From an uncultured Gammaproteobacteria bacterium (lineage in GTDB: Bacteria > Pseudomonadota > Gammaproteobacteria > UBA9214): 64,000 bases of DNA. Location: positions 32,001 through 96,000 of the forward strand of contig CAVVHS010000002.1 in NCBI GenBank assembly GCA_963748215.1, in the 5' to 3' direction. A model generated the notes under the pieces. That model was not told the DNA's origin and searched no databases. It saw only the letters and a program-made list of their open reading frames with translations. Shown here piece after piece: positions 34,054 through 44,314 of this stretch (within the stretch, counting starts at the first letter, position 1; the number at the start of each line of letters is the position of its first letter). The position numbers were made by a program, and so were the translations under genes.

Positions 34054-34554
34054 CTAGGGCAATGCGGCGGGATGCGTGAACACGTAGTCGTTGTCTTTCA
34101 CCGGGGTATGACAGCCGAAACATTCCTGCACAAAACCGGCGTCCTTGCCATAGGGTACCTGCTCAATCCCCTTCCAGCGCGCAAAGCCCCAACCGCCGGT
34201 CTCCCGGTACTTGTTCGCATCCTTGACCATGAATTCGGCGTGCACGAACTCACCGGGCACCGTCGCCTGTGGCCAGGCCGTGTGCGCGGCATCCTTCCAC
34301 ACCAGCTTGCCGAGGATGGCGCCGTCCGGCCACGGCCTGGTCTGGCCGGCACGGGCCGCCGCCACGGCCGCGTCATTACCGAGGATCACGCGCAGGGTAT
34401 TGTTGTCGGTACGGTGTGACGAGCCGATCACGCGCCAGTCCCGGTAGCCTTCCGGCAGCTGGATACCGTTCGGCGCCGGTGCGGGCACCCCGCCGGCGCA
34501 CACGACGCCTGCCAGCAGCATCGCCGGCAACACACTGATATTCTTCATATTCAT
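34054..34554 (-). CDS. Cytochrome P460 family protein
   Basis: LPEGYRDW, WPDGAILGK, MVKD, GGWGFA, C-terminal CFGCH heme motif. Confidence 0.9.
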   Translation of the reverse strand: MNMKNISVLPAMLLAGVVCAGGVPAPAPNGIQLPEGYRDWRVIGSSHRTDNNTLRVILGNDAAVAAARAGQTRPWPDGAILGKLVWKDAAHTAWPQATVPGEFVHAEFMVKDANKYRETGGWGFARWKGIEQVPYGKDAGFVQECFGCHTPVKDNDYVFTHPAALP

Positions 34555-34687
34555 CGCTTATCTCCCACTGTTGTCACCTGCCGCGCACGCCGGCAGGATA
34601 GCATCGCCAGCCGCCTCGGCATCCGCCTGCACGTGTCAGTTATGACCGGCAATGCCCGGTAAAAATCCACGCCCCTGCCGGCCGCGC

Positions 34688-35434
34688 TCAATCCTCAAGC
34701 TTCTTGTGCAGCCGCACCGGCTCTGCCAGGCGCTTGCGCATGCGCAGGTTGAGCATTTCAACGGCGACCGAGAACGCCATGGCGAAATAGATATAGCCCT
34801 TCGGCACGTGCACGTCGAAGCCCTCCACCATCAGGGTTACACCCACCATGATCAGGAACGACAGGGCGAGGATCTTGATAGTCGGGTGTTCATCGACGAA
34901 ATCGCCGATCGGTTTGGCGGCGAACAGCATAACGGCCACGGACAGGATGATAGCGATCGCCATAATCGAGACATGGCTGGCCAGGCCCACGGCGGTAATC
35001 ACCGAGTCCAGCGAAAAGATGATATCGAGCACCGCGATCTGGAACAGCACCGCGCCCATGCCCGCTACGGCGCCACCGGCTTGTGTGTGTTCGGTTTCGC
35101 CCTCCAGGCTGTTGTGGATTTCGAAGGTGGCCTTGGCCAGCAGGAACAGACCGCCGCCGATCAGGATGATATCGCGCCCGGAGATCGCCTCGCCGAGTAC
35201 GGTGAACCAGGGCTCGGTCAGGCCGACCACCCAGGCAATCGAGAACAGCAGGCCCAGTCGCGTAAGCATGGCCAGCGCCAGCCCGATTGTGCGCGCAAAG
35301 TTGCGCTGGTGCATCGGCAGCCGCCCCACCAGGATCGAGATAAAGATGATGTTGTCGATCCCGAGCACAATTTCCAGGGCCGTGAGTGTGCCCAGTGCAA
35401 TCCATGCCTCGGGACTGGAAAACCATTCAAACAT
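34688..35434 (-). CDS. TerC family membrane protein
   Basis: LEIVLGIDN, DIIFSLDSVITAVG, KGYIYFAMAFS. Confidence 0.95.
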   Translation of the reverse strand: MFEWFSSPEAWIALGTLTALEIVLGIDNIIFISILVGRLPMHQRNFARTIGLALAMLTRLGLLFSIAWVVGLTEPWFTVLGEAISGRDIILIGGGLFLLAKATFEIHNSLEGETEHTQAGGAVAGMGAVLFQIAVLDIIFSLDSVITAVGLASHVSIMAIAIILSVAVMLFAAKPIGDFVDEHPTIKILALSFLIMVGVTLMVEGFDVHVPKGYIYFAMAFSVAVEMLNLRMRKRLAEPVRLHKKLED

Positions 35435-35469
35435 CCGCTGACTCCCTCGTCTTGCTGGTTAGCGGCGCT

Positions 35470-36057
35470 TTACGATACGCCGTTCTTTACTGCCGGCATG
35501 CCCGTACCGAACAGTACCGGCGCGGCGGCGATGCGCGCGCACAGCCTGCCCTGGCGGTGGTGCGGCGCCCAGTTGAGCAGGAACGTGGCCAGCGCATTCC
35601 ACAGCGCCACCCAGGCGGCGACGGTCAGCCCCTCGGCAAACACCCGCGCGACGACCGATTCGCTGTGCTCGATGTACAGGTTTGTCCTGACCGCGAGGGT
35701 CAGGATCGCCAGGCCCGCCAGCAACAGGATAAACGAAGCCCGGAACATACGCTTGATTTCACGTGTTTCCAGGTGCCCGAGATAGTTAAAATAGGTGCTG
35801 ATACTCTGGCACACGCGCGACGTGCCTTCATCGTCGACCGGTTTTGCGAAACTGAAACGGATGCCGAACGGCTCCTTGCCGATCTCGCGCACCGACTCGA
35901 CCAGGTACTCGACCAGGTCCGGCTCCAGGTCCTTTTTCAGGAAGTGCGCGGTGTTGTCAAAATCGCTGTACAGTTCCTCGACCCGGTTGGCGGCGATATC
36001 GATGATCAGCATGCCCTCGTCGGAGCGTGAGTAGCGATCGAGAATGTGCGTATCCAT
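35470..36057 (-). CDS. Hypothetical membrane protein
   Basis: Soluble N-terminus plus two C-terminal TMs (EGLTVAAWVALW). Confidence 0.7.
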   Translation of the reverse strand: MDTHILDRYSRSDEGMLIIDIAANRVEELYSDFDNTAHFLKKDLEPDLVEYLVESVREIGKEPFGIRFSFAKPVDDEGTSRVCQSISTYFNYLGHLETREIKRMFRASFILLLAGLAILTLAVRTNLYIEHSESVVARVFAEGLTVAAWVALWNALATFLLNWAPHHRQGRLCARIAAAPVLFGTGMPAVKNGVS

Positions 36058-36169
36058 GCCGGCTCATCCAGTCTGCTCAACAGTGCGCAGATAGTAAACC
36101 GGATGAAAGGCATAGTACATTGGCGCAACGGCCTGCAGGTGGCACTGCAGGACAACCGGCGGGTCTGCG

Positions 36170-36796
36170 TTAATGTGTTGTCAGCAGCAGCTTCACCGCC
36201 AGGCCGCCCAGCACTACCCCCGCAACACGCTGCATCAGCAATTGTGCCGCGGGCGTTCGGCCAAGCCACACGCCCAACCGGCCTGCCAGCAATGCAATCA
36301 CACCGAATACCAGCAACGTCGCCAGCATGAACAGGGCACCCAGCAGCACGATCTGGCCGGCGACCGGCCCGTGTGCCGGACTCGCGAATTGCGGCAGGAA
36401 GGCGAGAAAGAACACGGCCACCTTGGGATTGCTCACGTTCATGATGATGCCGCACCGGTAATACCCGGCGGCCGTCAGGCGTGCGGCCGGGCGCGCGCCG
36501 TCGCCTTGCGTATCAGCACGAAATGCCCGCCAGGCAAGGTACAACAGGTACAGCGCACCGAGTATTTTCAGGATATTGAAGGCGGTGGTCGATGCCAGCA
36601 CCAGCGCAGCGATACCGAACGCGACCGCGGCGGTATGCACCAGCAGACCGGTGCACAGCCCGAGGGTGATGCAAAGGCCGGCGTTGCGGCCATACAGCGC
36701 CGACTGGGCCAGCACGAACAGGTTGTCCGGGCCGGGAGCCAGCGCCAGCAGCACGGAGGCAATGAAAAACGTCAGCAGCGCGTCGACGGGTGGCAT
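36170..36796 (-). CDS. LysE family translocator
   Basis: LAPGPDN, GALYLLYLAW, NPKVAVFFLAFLPQF. Confidence 0.93.
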   Translation of the reverse strand: MPPVDALLTFFIASVLLALAPGPDNLFVLAQSALYGRNAGLCITLGLCTGLLVHTAAVAFGIAALVLASTTAFNILKILGALYLLYLAWRAFRADTQGDGARPAARLTAAGYYRCGIIMNVSNPKVAVFFLAFLPQFASPAHGPVAGQIVLLGALFMLATLLVFGVIALLAGRLGVWLGRTPAAQLLMQRVAGVVLGGLAVKLLLTTH

Positions 36797-36813
36797 GCGT
36801 GCCCTACCTGCCG

Positions 36814-37134
36814 CTACGGAAGGTAGTCGGCATCCGGCCAGGCCGACTGGATTTCTCCCGCCTGCTGTTCGGCAGTAAAACGCTCCCAGGCAATGCCATT
36901 GACATCGGTTTCCACCGTGAACGCCTCGCACGCCGCGTCTTCCCAGCCCAGGTGCCTGAGCTGGCCGGCCATGCCAGCGGCAACCCGGCGTATGGACAGG
37001 TTGATCGTGTCCGTGCGCCACAACGCATAGTCACCGGATACCACGACGACCGGCGGCGCCCCGAGCCGCCGGGTATAGTCCGTCACCGAGGCGGCGATAT
37101 CGATCACGCCGATGGCAATGTGGATTCTGCGCAT
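36814..37134 (-). CDS. VOC/glyoxalase-like protein
   Basis: IHIAIGV, LRHLGWE, DVNGIAWE. Confidence 0.7.
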   Translation of the reverse strand: MRRIHIAIGVIDIAASVTDYTRRLGAPPVVVVSGDYALWRTDTINLSIRRVAAGMAGQLRHLGWEDAACEAFTVETDVNGIAWERFTAEQQAGEIQSAWPDADYLP

Positions 37135-37179
37135 ATGTCAGCCAGGGTTCTTGTCACGGGGAATCCGCATGATTCATCT

Positions 37180-37540
37180 TTTGTCATTCCGGCGCAAGCG
37201 GCATGGCGAATGGCCAGGGATTTTTGCTGCTTGTTGAAATAGCCACGGAAAAACACGGCAAGATAAGAATTCATGAGGGGGCGCAGGGTGCGTTTTACGC
37301 GCCGGCAACGGTGCACGGAGTGCACCCTACACTATCTATTGGGTGTAGGAGCGCATCTCATGCGCGATGATAATGGCCACGGAAGCACACGGAACTACAC
37401 AGGATTCGTTTGTTCCTTTCCGCGCACATCCCTGGCCTGTTCTGTCACGCAGCCTGACTCGATTCGATATCATCCTCACGCTCAGCGTGACAAAGGCAAT
37501 GCCTTATTTTTCCGTGCTCCTCCGTGTGCTTCCGTGGCTA
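37180..37540. repeat. Cluster of several REP/MITE types
   Basis: GTCATTCCGGCGCAAGCGGG; GCAGGGTGCG...GTGCACCCTAC; GTAGGAGCGCATCTCATGCGCGAT; inverted pair GCCACGGAAGCACACGGA (37376) / TCCGTGTGCTTCCGTGGC (37538). Confidence 0.7.
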
Positions 37541-37613
37541 TTATATTGAGTGCAGGTGATCGGGACACAGGCGACTCATAGCAAGCGCCTCCGCTATTTG
37601 TTGACACACAGCA

Positions 37614-37925
37614 TCAGTAGCCCAGGAACAGCAGTGTACCGGCCAGTCCGGCGAGCATGATCAGCGCCGGCGCGATGCCGCAGACGCGGGCCGGCGCTGA
37701 CAGCACATCGAACACGTGGATGGTCTGCGCCAGCAGGTAGAGCGCCAGCAGGGTCGTGAACAGCAGCATGGCAAGAAACACCAGCGAGGCAGTTGCCGCG
37801 GCCGCGAAGCCTTCGTCAGGCGGCACGAAGCGCGGCACGACAAAGGCGGCCAGCAACAGGATGCCGCACCACCCGGCCAGACGGTAGATCGGTCTTTCGA
37901 TGTCGTTTTGCGTCGGGCGTTTCAT
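37614..37925 (-). CDS. Small hypothetical membrane protein
   Basis: Three hydrophobic segments; last gene of a 4-gene cluster. Confidence 0.65.
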   Translation of the reverse strand: MKRPTQNDIERPIYRLAGWCGILLLAAFVVPRFVPPDEGFAAAATASLVFLAMLLFTTLLALYLLAQTIHVFDVLSAPARVCGIAPALIMLAGLAGTLLFLGY

Positions 37926-37929
37926 GGTG

Positions 37930-38235
37930 TTAAAAGATGATCAGTGCCAGCCCGATCAGGAACCCCGGCACTGGAAACACCCATATCAGGATCCGTTCGG
38001 GAAATGCCTTCCTGCCGGTCAATACGCTGCCCCGGACATTCTGTATCCTGACCAGTACACCCAGCAAATAGAAAGCCAGCAGGGTAACAGCCAGCACCAC
38101 GACTGGGTTGGCGGAAGCGAAGGTGCCGAAGTGCCTGAACAGCAGCCATTGCAGCAGCCCGGACAGGCCCGCCATGGCCATCCAGGACAGCTCGTCCTTC
38201 CAGTTCATGCGGTCGGTCGTTTCATCGAAGCTCAT
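37930..38235 (-). CDS. Small hypothetical membrane protein
   Basis: Three TMs; ATGA coupling with the upstream gene. Confidence 0.6.
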   Translation of the reverse strand: MSFDETTDRMNWKDELSWMAMAGLSGLLQWLLFRHFGTFASANPVVVLAVTLLAFYLLGVLVRIQNVRGSVLTGRKAFPERILIWVFPVPGFLIGLALIIF

Positions 38236-38603
38236 GACCCGAACAGGCGCTCGCCGATCTCCATTCCCGCAGCGGCCAGCACCAGCCACGCCAGCGACGC
38301 CAGCAGGAACAGCCCGAATGCACGCAGCCCGCGCCGAGCGCCCCTGGAACGGAACAGATACCAGGGAATGGCGAAGACTCCCGCGGCCACGACCATCGCG
38401 TTCAGCAGTGGCGTGCGCCGGTACGTATGTTCGTCCGAATCGATGTAATACCAGGTAAACACCAGGATTGCACAGAACAGCGACAGCGCCAGGTTAAACC
38501 ACATGAAGCCGCTGTCCGGGGTGCCGAACAGCGGATCCACCAACCCGGCAAGCAGCGCAGACAGCCCGAGCACTACCAGCACCAGAGTCTTGCCACGCAT
38601 CAT
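38232..38603 (-). CDS. Small hypothetical membrane protein
   Basis: Four TMs, PWYLFRSRG motif; ATGA coupling. Confidence 0.7.
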   Translation of the reverse strand: MMRGKTLVLVVLGLSALLAGLVDPLFGTPDSGFMWFNLALSLFCAILVFTWYYIDSDEHTYRRTPLLNAMVVAAGVFAIPWYLFRSRGARRGLRAFGLFLLASLAWLVLAAAGMEIGERLFGS

Positions 38604-38980
38604 CTCTTGCCCGTAATTCTATCGACTGCGCCGGCACCGGTCGCAGGCTGGCACAGGTTCCGGATGATGAACTGGTAGCGCCGTTCGTTCCTGATACTCT
38701 GGTGCAGGAACAGCAGCATGACGGCGAGGACGAAAAACAGCACGCTGATCACAATGGGGAGAAACACGGCCGAGAGTTGCATGATATCGGCGGACAGCGT
38801 GTCAGCACTGACGGCATCGATGACGAAGGAGGCATTGGCCAGCGCAGGATGTTTCAGGAACAGGAACAACCAGGTGCCCGCCAGCAGGAGCAGCGTGAAC
38901 AGGAGCACCAGCGGCCACCAGCGGACCAGCTGGCGGCGCCTGTCGATGAAGTCCATTTCAGCTTCGTTCAGTTGTTTCAT
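38600..38980 (-). CDS. Small hypothetical membrane protein
   Basis: Two TMs; RBS AGGGG. Confidence 0.65.
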   Translation of the reverse strand: MKQLNEAEMDFIDRRRQLVRWWPLVLLFTLLLLAGTWLFLFLKHPALANASFVIDAVSADTLSADIMQLSAVFLPIVISVLFFVLAVMLLFLHQSIRNERRYQFIIRNLCQPATGAGAVDRITGKR

Positions 38981-39098
38981 GGCAATAGCCCCTGACGGTG
39001 TGATCGAATGACTGCAAAGCTCATGTCGAATAGTACCGGCCGGCAATCAATCTGAAAACAGCAGCAGCATTCCACATCTGCGTGGCAGCATGTCATGA

Positions 39099-39130
39099 CC
39101 CCGGGTTTCGCTACGCTCAACCCGGGCTGC
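39099..39130. repeat. REP-like palindrome
   Basis: CCCCGGGTTTCGCTACGCTCAACCCGGGCTGC hairpin, intergenic. Confidence 0.55.
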
Positions 39131-39279
39131 ATGGAACTGAAGCATGATTTCTCTGGGTACCCGGCATGATCTGTGACGAGCATGTCACCGCCTTTCTACT
39201 TGCCTTTGCGTCTGCGCGCAAAATTTGTAATGTAGCTCACGAACCTGCCCGCCAGCCGCGTGGCGGTGGATTGCGCCGG

Positions 39280-40551
39280 TCATTGCCGGCCGCCCTGATC
39301 GCTTGCCCCGGCGCTATGCGTGGCATTCGTACCGGGACGGTACAGCAACAAACCTGCCACCGCGGCGGCGGCAAATACTGCGCCTGCGACAAACGTGGCC
39401 ACAGCACCGTACACGCTCCATAACAGGCCCGCGATCAGGCTGGCCAGCAGCAGCGCACCGCCGCTGACCAGATTGAAAATACCGAACGCCGTGCCGCGCA
39501 GCCCGGCCGGCGCGGTGTCGGCCACCAGCTTGGAAAGCAGGCCCTGGGTGAAGGCCATGTGCAGCCCCCACAACGCCGCGCCGATGAAGGCCTGCACGGG
39601 CGATGCAGCCAGTGCCAGCACCGCGTCGGCGGCAATCAAAACGACAAGCCCGGACACGAGCAGCGTGCGCGGTGCCAGCGCATCGGCGGCAGCGCCGGCG
39701 GGATAGGCGAACACGGCATAGACGGCATTCATGACGACCATGATCAGCGGCACATAGCCGATGGCCAGCCCGACATCCTGCGCGCGCAGGATCAGGAACG
39801 CCTCGCTGAAACGGGCCAGCGTAAATACCGCGCCCAGCGCGACCACCAGCCAGTAGCGCAGCGACAGCTGCCGTACGGCGACCAGTGACAGGCCATTGCG
39901 CGCCGCGACTTCGTGCGGCGCGGCCGCAGGCTCGCGCACCGCGAGCACCAGCACCGTGACGGCCAGCACTGCCGGAATTACCGCAAGCCACAACACCGCC
40001 TTGATATCGCCCGCCAGCCAGATCATGAACAGTACGGCCAGCAATGGCCCGATGAAAGCACCCAGCGTATCGAGCGCCTGGCGCAGGCCGTAGGCCGCCC
40101 CGCGCAGACGTGACGGCACGATATCCGCGACCAGCGCATCGCGCGGCGCACCGCGAATGCCCTTGCCGACGCGGTCGACAAAGCGGGCCGCAAATACCCA
40201 GCCGATCGTTGTCGCCAGCGGAAACACCGGCTTGGTAATCGCAGCCAGGCCGTAGCCGATAACAAGCAGCAACTTGCGCCTGCCGAGGTAGTCGCTGAGT
40301 GCACCGGAGAATACCCGGGTGACCGAGGCCGTGGCCTCGGCGATGCCCTCGATCATGCCGATTGTCAGCATGGAGGCGCCCAGCACGCTGCTCATGAACA
40401 CCGGCAGCAGGCTGTGGATCAGCTCCGAGGAAATATCCATCAGCAGCGAGACGCAGCCCAGCGCCCAGATACTGCCGGGCAAGGCGCGCAGACTGCGCAT
40501 GCCCGATGGCGGGCTGACGGGATCCTGTTGCGACGGTGCGTTCATGGACAC
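39280..40551 (-). CDS. MFS transporter
   Basis: GALSDYLGRRK motif A, DRVGKGIRGAPRDAL, 12 TMs. Confidence 0.93.
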   Translation of the reverse strand: MSMNAPSQQDPVSPPSGMRSLRALPGSIWALGCVSLLMDISSELIHSLLPVFMSSVLGASMLTIGMIEGIAEATASVTRVFSGALSDYLGRRKLLLVIGYGLAAITKPVFPLATTIGWVFAARFVDRVGKGIRGAPRDALVADIVPSRLRGAAYGLRQALDTLGAFIGPLLAVLFMIWLAGDIKAVLWLAVIPAVLAVTVLVLAVREPAAAPHEVAARNGLSLVAVRQLSLRYWLVVALGAVFTLARFSEAFLILRAQDVGLAIGYVPLIMVVMNAVYAVFAYPAGAAADALAPRTLLVSGLVVLIAADAVLALAASPVQAFIGAALWGLHMAFTQGLLSKLVADTAPAGLRGTAFGIFNLVSGGALLLASLIAGLLWSVYGAVATFVAGAVFAAAAVAGLLLYRPGTNATHSAGASDQGGRQ

Positions 40552-40662
40552 TCGCGGCCGCGACTACGCCGACGGCAATGCCGGCGGGTCAGCGTTGGCA
40601 GCGGAAAAGTTGCCGGTGCAAACAGCCGGGTACACATGTCAACGCCAGCGGGAGACTCACCG

Positions 40663-41016
40663 TTATGCCGTATTGCTCTTCTCGCTCTGCCACGGCCAGC
40701 GGCCTTCCACCTCGAGGTGCAGCGTCACGCTCAGGAAAGAACGGATCAGGATAATCAGGCCTAGAATGGCAATGTTTTCCAGCGTGTCGGCGACCACTAC
40801 GGTGCGGATGATATCGCCGGCGATGAGAAACTCGAGCCCGAGGATAATGGAACGTCCCAGCTCCCGCCGGTAGCTTCGGTATGCCACCCCTTCCTCCTGC
40901 CGGCGAAATGTGCGCAGGAAAGTCACCGTGGACACGCACGAGCCGAGAATGATCACCAGCACGCCGACCGCCTCGACGGCATAACCTGCAAACGAGATCA
41001 AATCGGTGAATTGCAT
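40663..41016 (-). CDS. DUF1622 membrane protein
   Basis: RRELGRSIILGLEFLIAGDIIRTV...EGRWPWQ. Confidence 0.85.
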   Translation of the reverse strand: MQFTDLISFAGYAVEAVGVLVIILGSCVSTVTFLRTFRRQEEGVAYRSYRRELGRSIILGLEFLIAGDIIRTVVVADTLENIAILGLIILIRSFLSVTLHLEVEGRWPWQSEKSNTA

Positions 41017-41211
41017 GGTGTGTCTTCCCCTGCCTGTGTGTACTACCGGACCTGCGCGGAACGGTCAGCGGCGAATCCTGAATGTCGAGCCGTTGAAGCG
41101 TGGCCCTTGCAGCACATTAATCGCATAACTCGCGGCACGGTTCAATGATGCAGGGCAATACTGACAGCCAGGCAATGACTACGGAGCCTGCGAACAGGGC
41201 CGGGACCTGCC

Positions 41212-41913
41212 TCACGTCTGCTGCAGGTGCTGCAGGCGTATGGAAAACACGATGCCGGAAGTGACTTCCGCCCGGCTCAGCAGATGGCGTCCTGCACCCT
41301 GTTGCTGCACGCGCAGGAAATGAAAACCCGCGGCGGGTATGGCGATATCGTGAACATACTCGTCCTGGTCTAGATACAGGGTACCCGACAGGACACAGGC
41401 CCTGTCGAAATACATGAGGATCAGGTGCTCCCGGGTAGTGGCGTCGATAAAGCCGCCTTCGCCCAGCGGTTCGAGCGTTTTCGCATCGAAGGGAAAGGTG
41501 CCTATTCTCGCAAGCCGGGCCTGGGCCGGCCTGATGGTCAGCCCGGCTGTTTTCGCAACCGTCTGCAGGAGGGTCGCCCCGTCCTGCAGGCCCGGCAGGG
41601 CATTTCCCAGCTCCAGCTGCAGCTCACTCCGGGGGGTAAGCAGGTGGGTGAACAGCAACTCGCTGCCGGGGCTGCCGAATATCTGCCCGGGGACATAGGG
41701 AAATACCAGGACGATGTGCCTGGGCTGGAATCGCGCGTCAACCAGTAGATTGTTCTCGTCGACATACTCAACGGTTGCCCGCACCACAGTCAGGCTTCCG
41801 GCATGCCGCAGGACCGGACCGCCCGCACAACCGCACAGCAGGGCTGACAGCAACAGCACTGCGATGATCCCTGCATGAACAGGCTGAAACAGCAGTACAT
41901 TTCCGCTTTTCAC
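41212..41913 (-). CDS. Hypothetical lipoprotein
   Basis: LCGC lipobox after a hydrophobic stretch. Confidence 0.65.
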   Translation of the reverse strand: MKSGNVLLFQPVHAGIIAVLLLSALLCGCAGGPVLRHAGSLTVVRATVEYVDENNLLVDARFQPRHIVLVFPYVPGQIFGSPGSELLFTHLLTPRSELQLELGNALPGLQDGATLLQTVAKTAGLTIRPAQARLARIGTFPFDAKTLEPLGEGGFIDATTREHLILMYFDRACVLSGTLYLDQDEYVHDIAIPAAGFHFLRVQQQGAGRHLLSRAEVTSGIVFSIRLQHLQQT

Positions 41914-42190
41914 GTCAATGCCCCCCGGTTCAGGCTGTTCCCGGTCACAGCGGGTCGCAGCACGGAAACAGCACGACCGCCCCGGCCCGGCAGCAAGCCG
42001 GCCAGCACCGCCGGAATCAGGATCGCGTAGATAGCTTTCATTTCGCGTGTTTGATCACATGCCCGGCATGCGGGCGTACCATGCTGAAAGACGACGCTAT
42101 CCCTGCAGCTATCGTAAGGCGCACGGGACGGTACCAACAGGCCACCCCGGCAGAACACGATCCGGGCCTGCCGTCACATCACCCCTGGCA

Positions 42191-42688
42191 TCAGGCTAGC
42201 AACAGCGGGTTGAGCCTCCAGACGGCAAGAGTGAGCAGCGCGGCAAAGCTCACCCAGGCCAGGTACGGAAGCAGCAGGATTCCGGCAAGCGGACGCACGC
42301 GCCAGAAGGTGATAATCGTGCCGACGATAAGCACCCAGAGCAGAATGATTTCGGCAAATGCCAGCGCGCCCTTGCGCCAGGCGAAAAACAGCCAGGTCCA
42401 AAGCGAATTCGCGGCCAGCTGTATGATAAACAGCCAGAGCGCGATCCGCGCGCCACGGAAGCCTTCCGCCCGCCAGACCAGCCAGGCGGCAATACCCATG
42501 GACAGGTAGAGCAGGCTCCACACCGGGGCGAACAACCCTGCGGGCGGCGCCCATGCGGGACGGACCAGTTGTCCATAAAAGTCACCGGCAGTTGCGGACG
42601 CGAGACCACCGCTTGCGGCGGCCGCGAAGACCAGCGCAAGCCACGCCAGGAGACCGTAGATTTGCCTGTTCAGTGCACGATTGGTCAC
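42191..42688 (-). CDS. tspO: TspO/MBR tryptophan-rich sensory protein
   Basis: LVRPAWAPP..FAPVW..LY, WTWLFF, PYLAWVSFA. Confidence 0.92.
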   Translation of the reverse strand: MTNRALNRQIYGLLAWLALVFAAAASGGLASATAGDFYGQLVRPAWAPPAGLFAPVWSLLYLSMGIAAWLVWRAEGFRGARIALWLFIIQLAANSLWTWLFFAWRKGALAFAEIILLWVLIVGTIITFWRVRPLAGILLLPYLAWVSFAALLTLAVWRLNPLLLA

Positions 42689-42920
42689 AGGGAATCTCTG
42701 TGCAGGTCGTCATTGAGACGGCTGCAGGGAAGCAGAGCACCGGCGCCCGGAGTACAGCAGAAGCACCCGTCCGGGCATGGAGCAGTTAGCGGAGGGTGCG
42801 ATGAGTTACGACGTGACCCGATGAAAGGGTCCTCAGGTTTGCGGTCGAATATCGAGTAGTTGTGAATGCGCATGTGCAGGCTGTTCATAACAGGCTGCAC
42901 ATGCAGCCGCGTTGCCTTTG

Positions 42921-43046
42921 GACTAACCGCTTTGACAGTGACGCGCAATTACCGTCACTGGGTATCTGCATGACAGACAAGCGATGTTAGATTGTTTCCG
43001 TGGGTGAGCAAGCGGTCAAGCGTCAGTGTAATGCGCGTTGTTATGT
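42921..43046 (-). other. Relic attC-like sites downstream of the cold-shock gene
   Basis: GACTAAC...GTTAGAT (42921-42992) with internal CAGTGACG/CGTCACTG stem; TTGTTATGT half-site at 43038-43046. Confidence 0.35.
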
Positions 43047-43078
43047 ACCGACACTTGACCGCCAGGTCTCGATACAAA

Positions 43079-43285
43079 TTACACTGGCACAACCTTGTTG
43101 GCACATGGACCCTTCTGTCCCTGGCCTACTTCATACTCTACAGTCTGACCTTCATTGAGGGATGCATAGCCGCCCCCGCTCTTGATTTCTGAATGATGCA
43201 CGAAGAGATCCTTTCCACCGTCTTCCGGCGTGATAAAACCATATCCCTTGTCTGCGTTGAACCACTTTACTGTACCTTTACTCAT
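43079..43285 (-). CDS. Cold-shock protein (CspA family)
   Basis: GTVKWFN.KGYGFI, DLFVHHS. Confidence 0.96.
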   Translation of the reverse strand: MSKGTVKWFNADKGYGFITPEDGGKDLFVHHSEIKSGGGYASLNEGQTVEYEVGQGQKGPCANKVVPV

Positions 43286-43599
43286 TTAACTTTTCCTGTC
43301 GCAATTAAGGTGGATGCTGCTTTTCAATGATAACGCTTCTGGACGACAACGTCTGTAGTGGACTTTACTAGATAAAACTTGCGTCTGTTACCGGTAAATA
43401 AGGCCCTGATCGAAGAACTGCAGCATCTGGCACGGCCTGCCTGCACCAAACCGGACAAGCATGCCAAAATGCATAATGCGTGATTCTGCACTGTTGGCTG
43501 CGCGCCCGGCGGTAGCTTGCAGCCTCATGCCAGGCACGGCCGCGGACATCCCCTGCTCTCGCAAACCCTTTAATAAACAAGGGATACTCATCACGGCAA

Positions 43600-44314
43600 T
43601 CACCGTAACCGGCTCCAGCAGGCGATCAGGGTCAAGCGATGCGACATAGGACGGGGCGGGGCCTGTACCCCCGAGCAGGGGATCCCAATAGTCATCGAAG
43701 CTGGCAAACTCTGTTGTAATCTCGATCGACTCGCAGCATACCTCGCACAGGCGACTCGCGCGGAACAGATCTGCAAGCGTCCCGGGGCGGCAGATCGGGA
43801 AGCGCTTGCCTTCATCCAGATCCCGGGCATTCGAATCCTTCGCCACGGCGGCATCCCGGAAATAGCGAAGCAATTCCATCTTGCCTGCATAGTCCCAGAC
43901 GCAGGCCGAGATGATCCCCCGGCCAGCGCTGAGAGAGCGCATCTCTTCGATCGCGGCCTTCGGACCCGCAAAGGAGTTAAGGGCGAGTAACGAGGTAATG
44001 CTGCCATAGCCGTCTTAGTGGCCGGGAAGCGAGCCCACTCCAGCGACAACAAACAAAGCCCGGGCGTCACGGGATTGCCGACCCGCGTACGCCATGAACG
44101 GATCGGCCGGATCGCAACCCAGGACCGATGCGGGATCGACCTGACAGCAGATTGCCTCCGTGAGGGCGCCCGTTCCGCAGCCCACATCCAGCCAGTGAAT
44201 ATTGCCGGGCGGGCGCTACCAGGAAACAAACCGGGGCACGAGCTGTCGGCTCCACCGGCCCATGAAGTCCTCATAATCAAGGCCGGCAGCCCATTGATCG
44301 CGTACATCAGGCAT
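43600..44314 (-). pseudogene. Degraded class I SAM-dependent methyltransferase
   Basis: YEDFMGRWSR then a stop; WLDVGCGTG in another frame; ACVWDYAG...LLGGTGPAPSYV in a further fragment. Confidence 0.75.
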
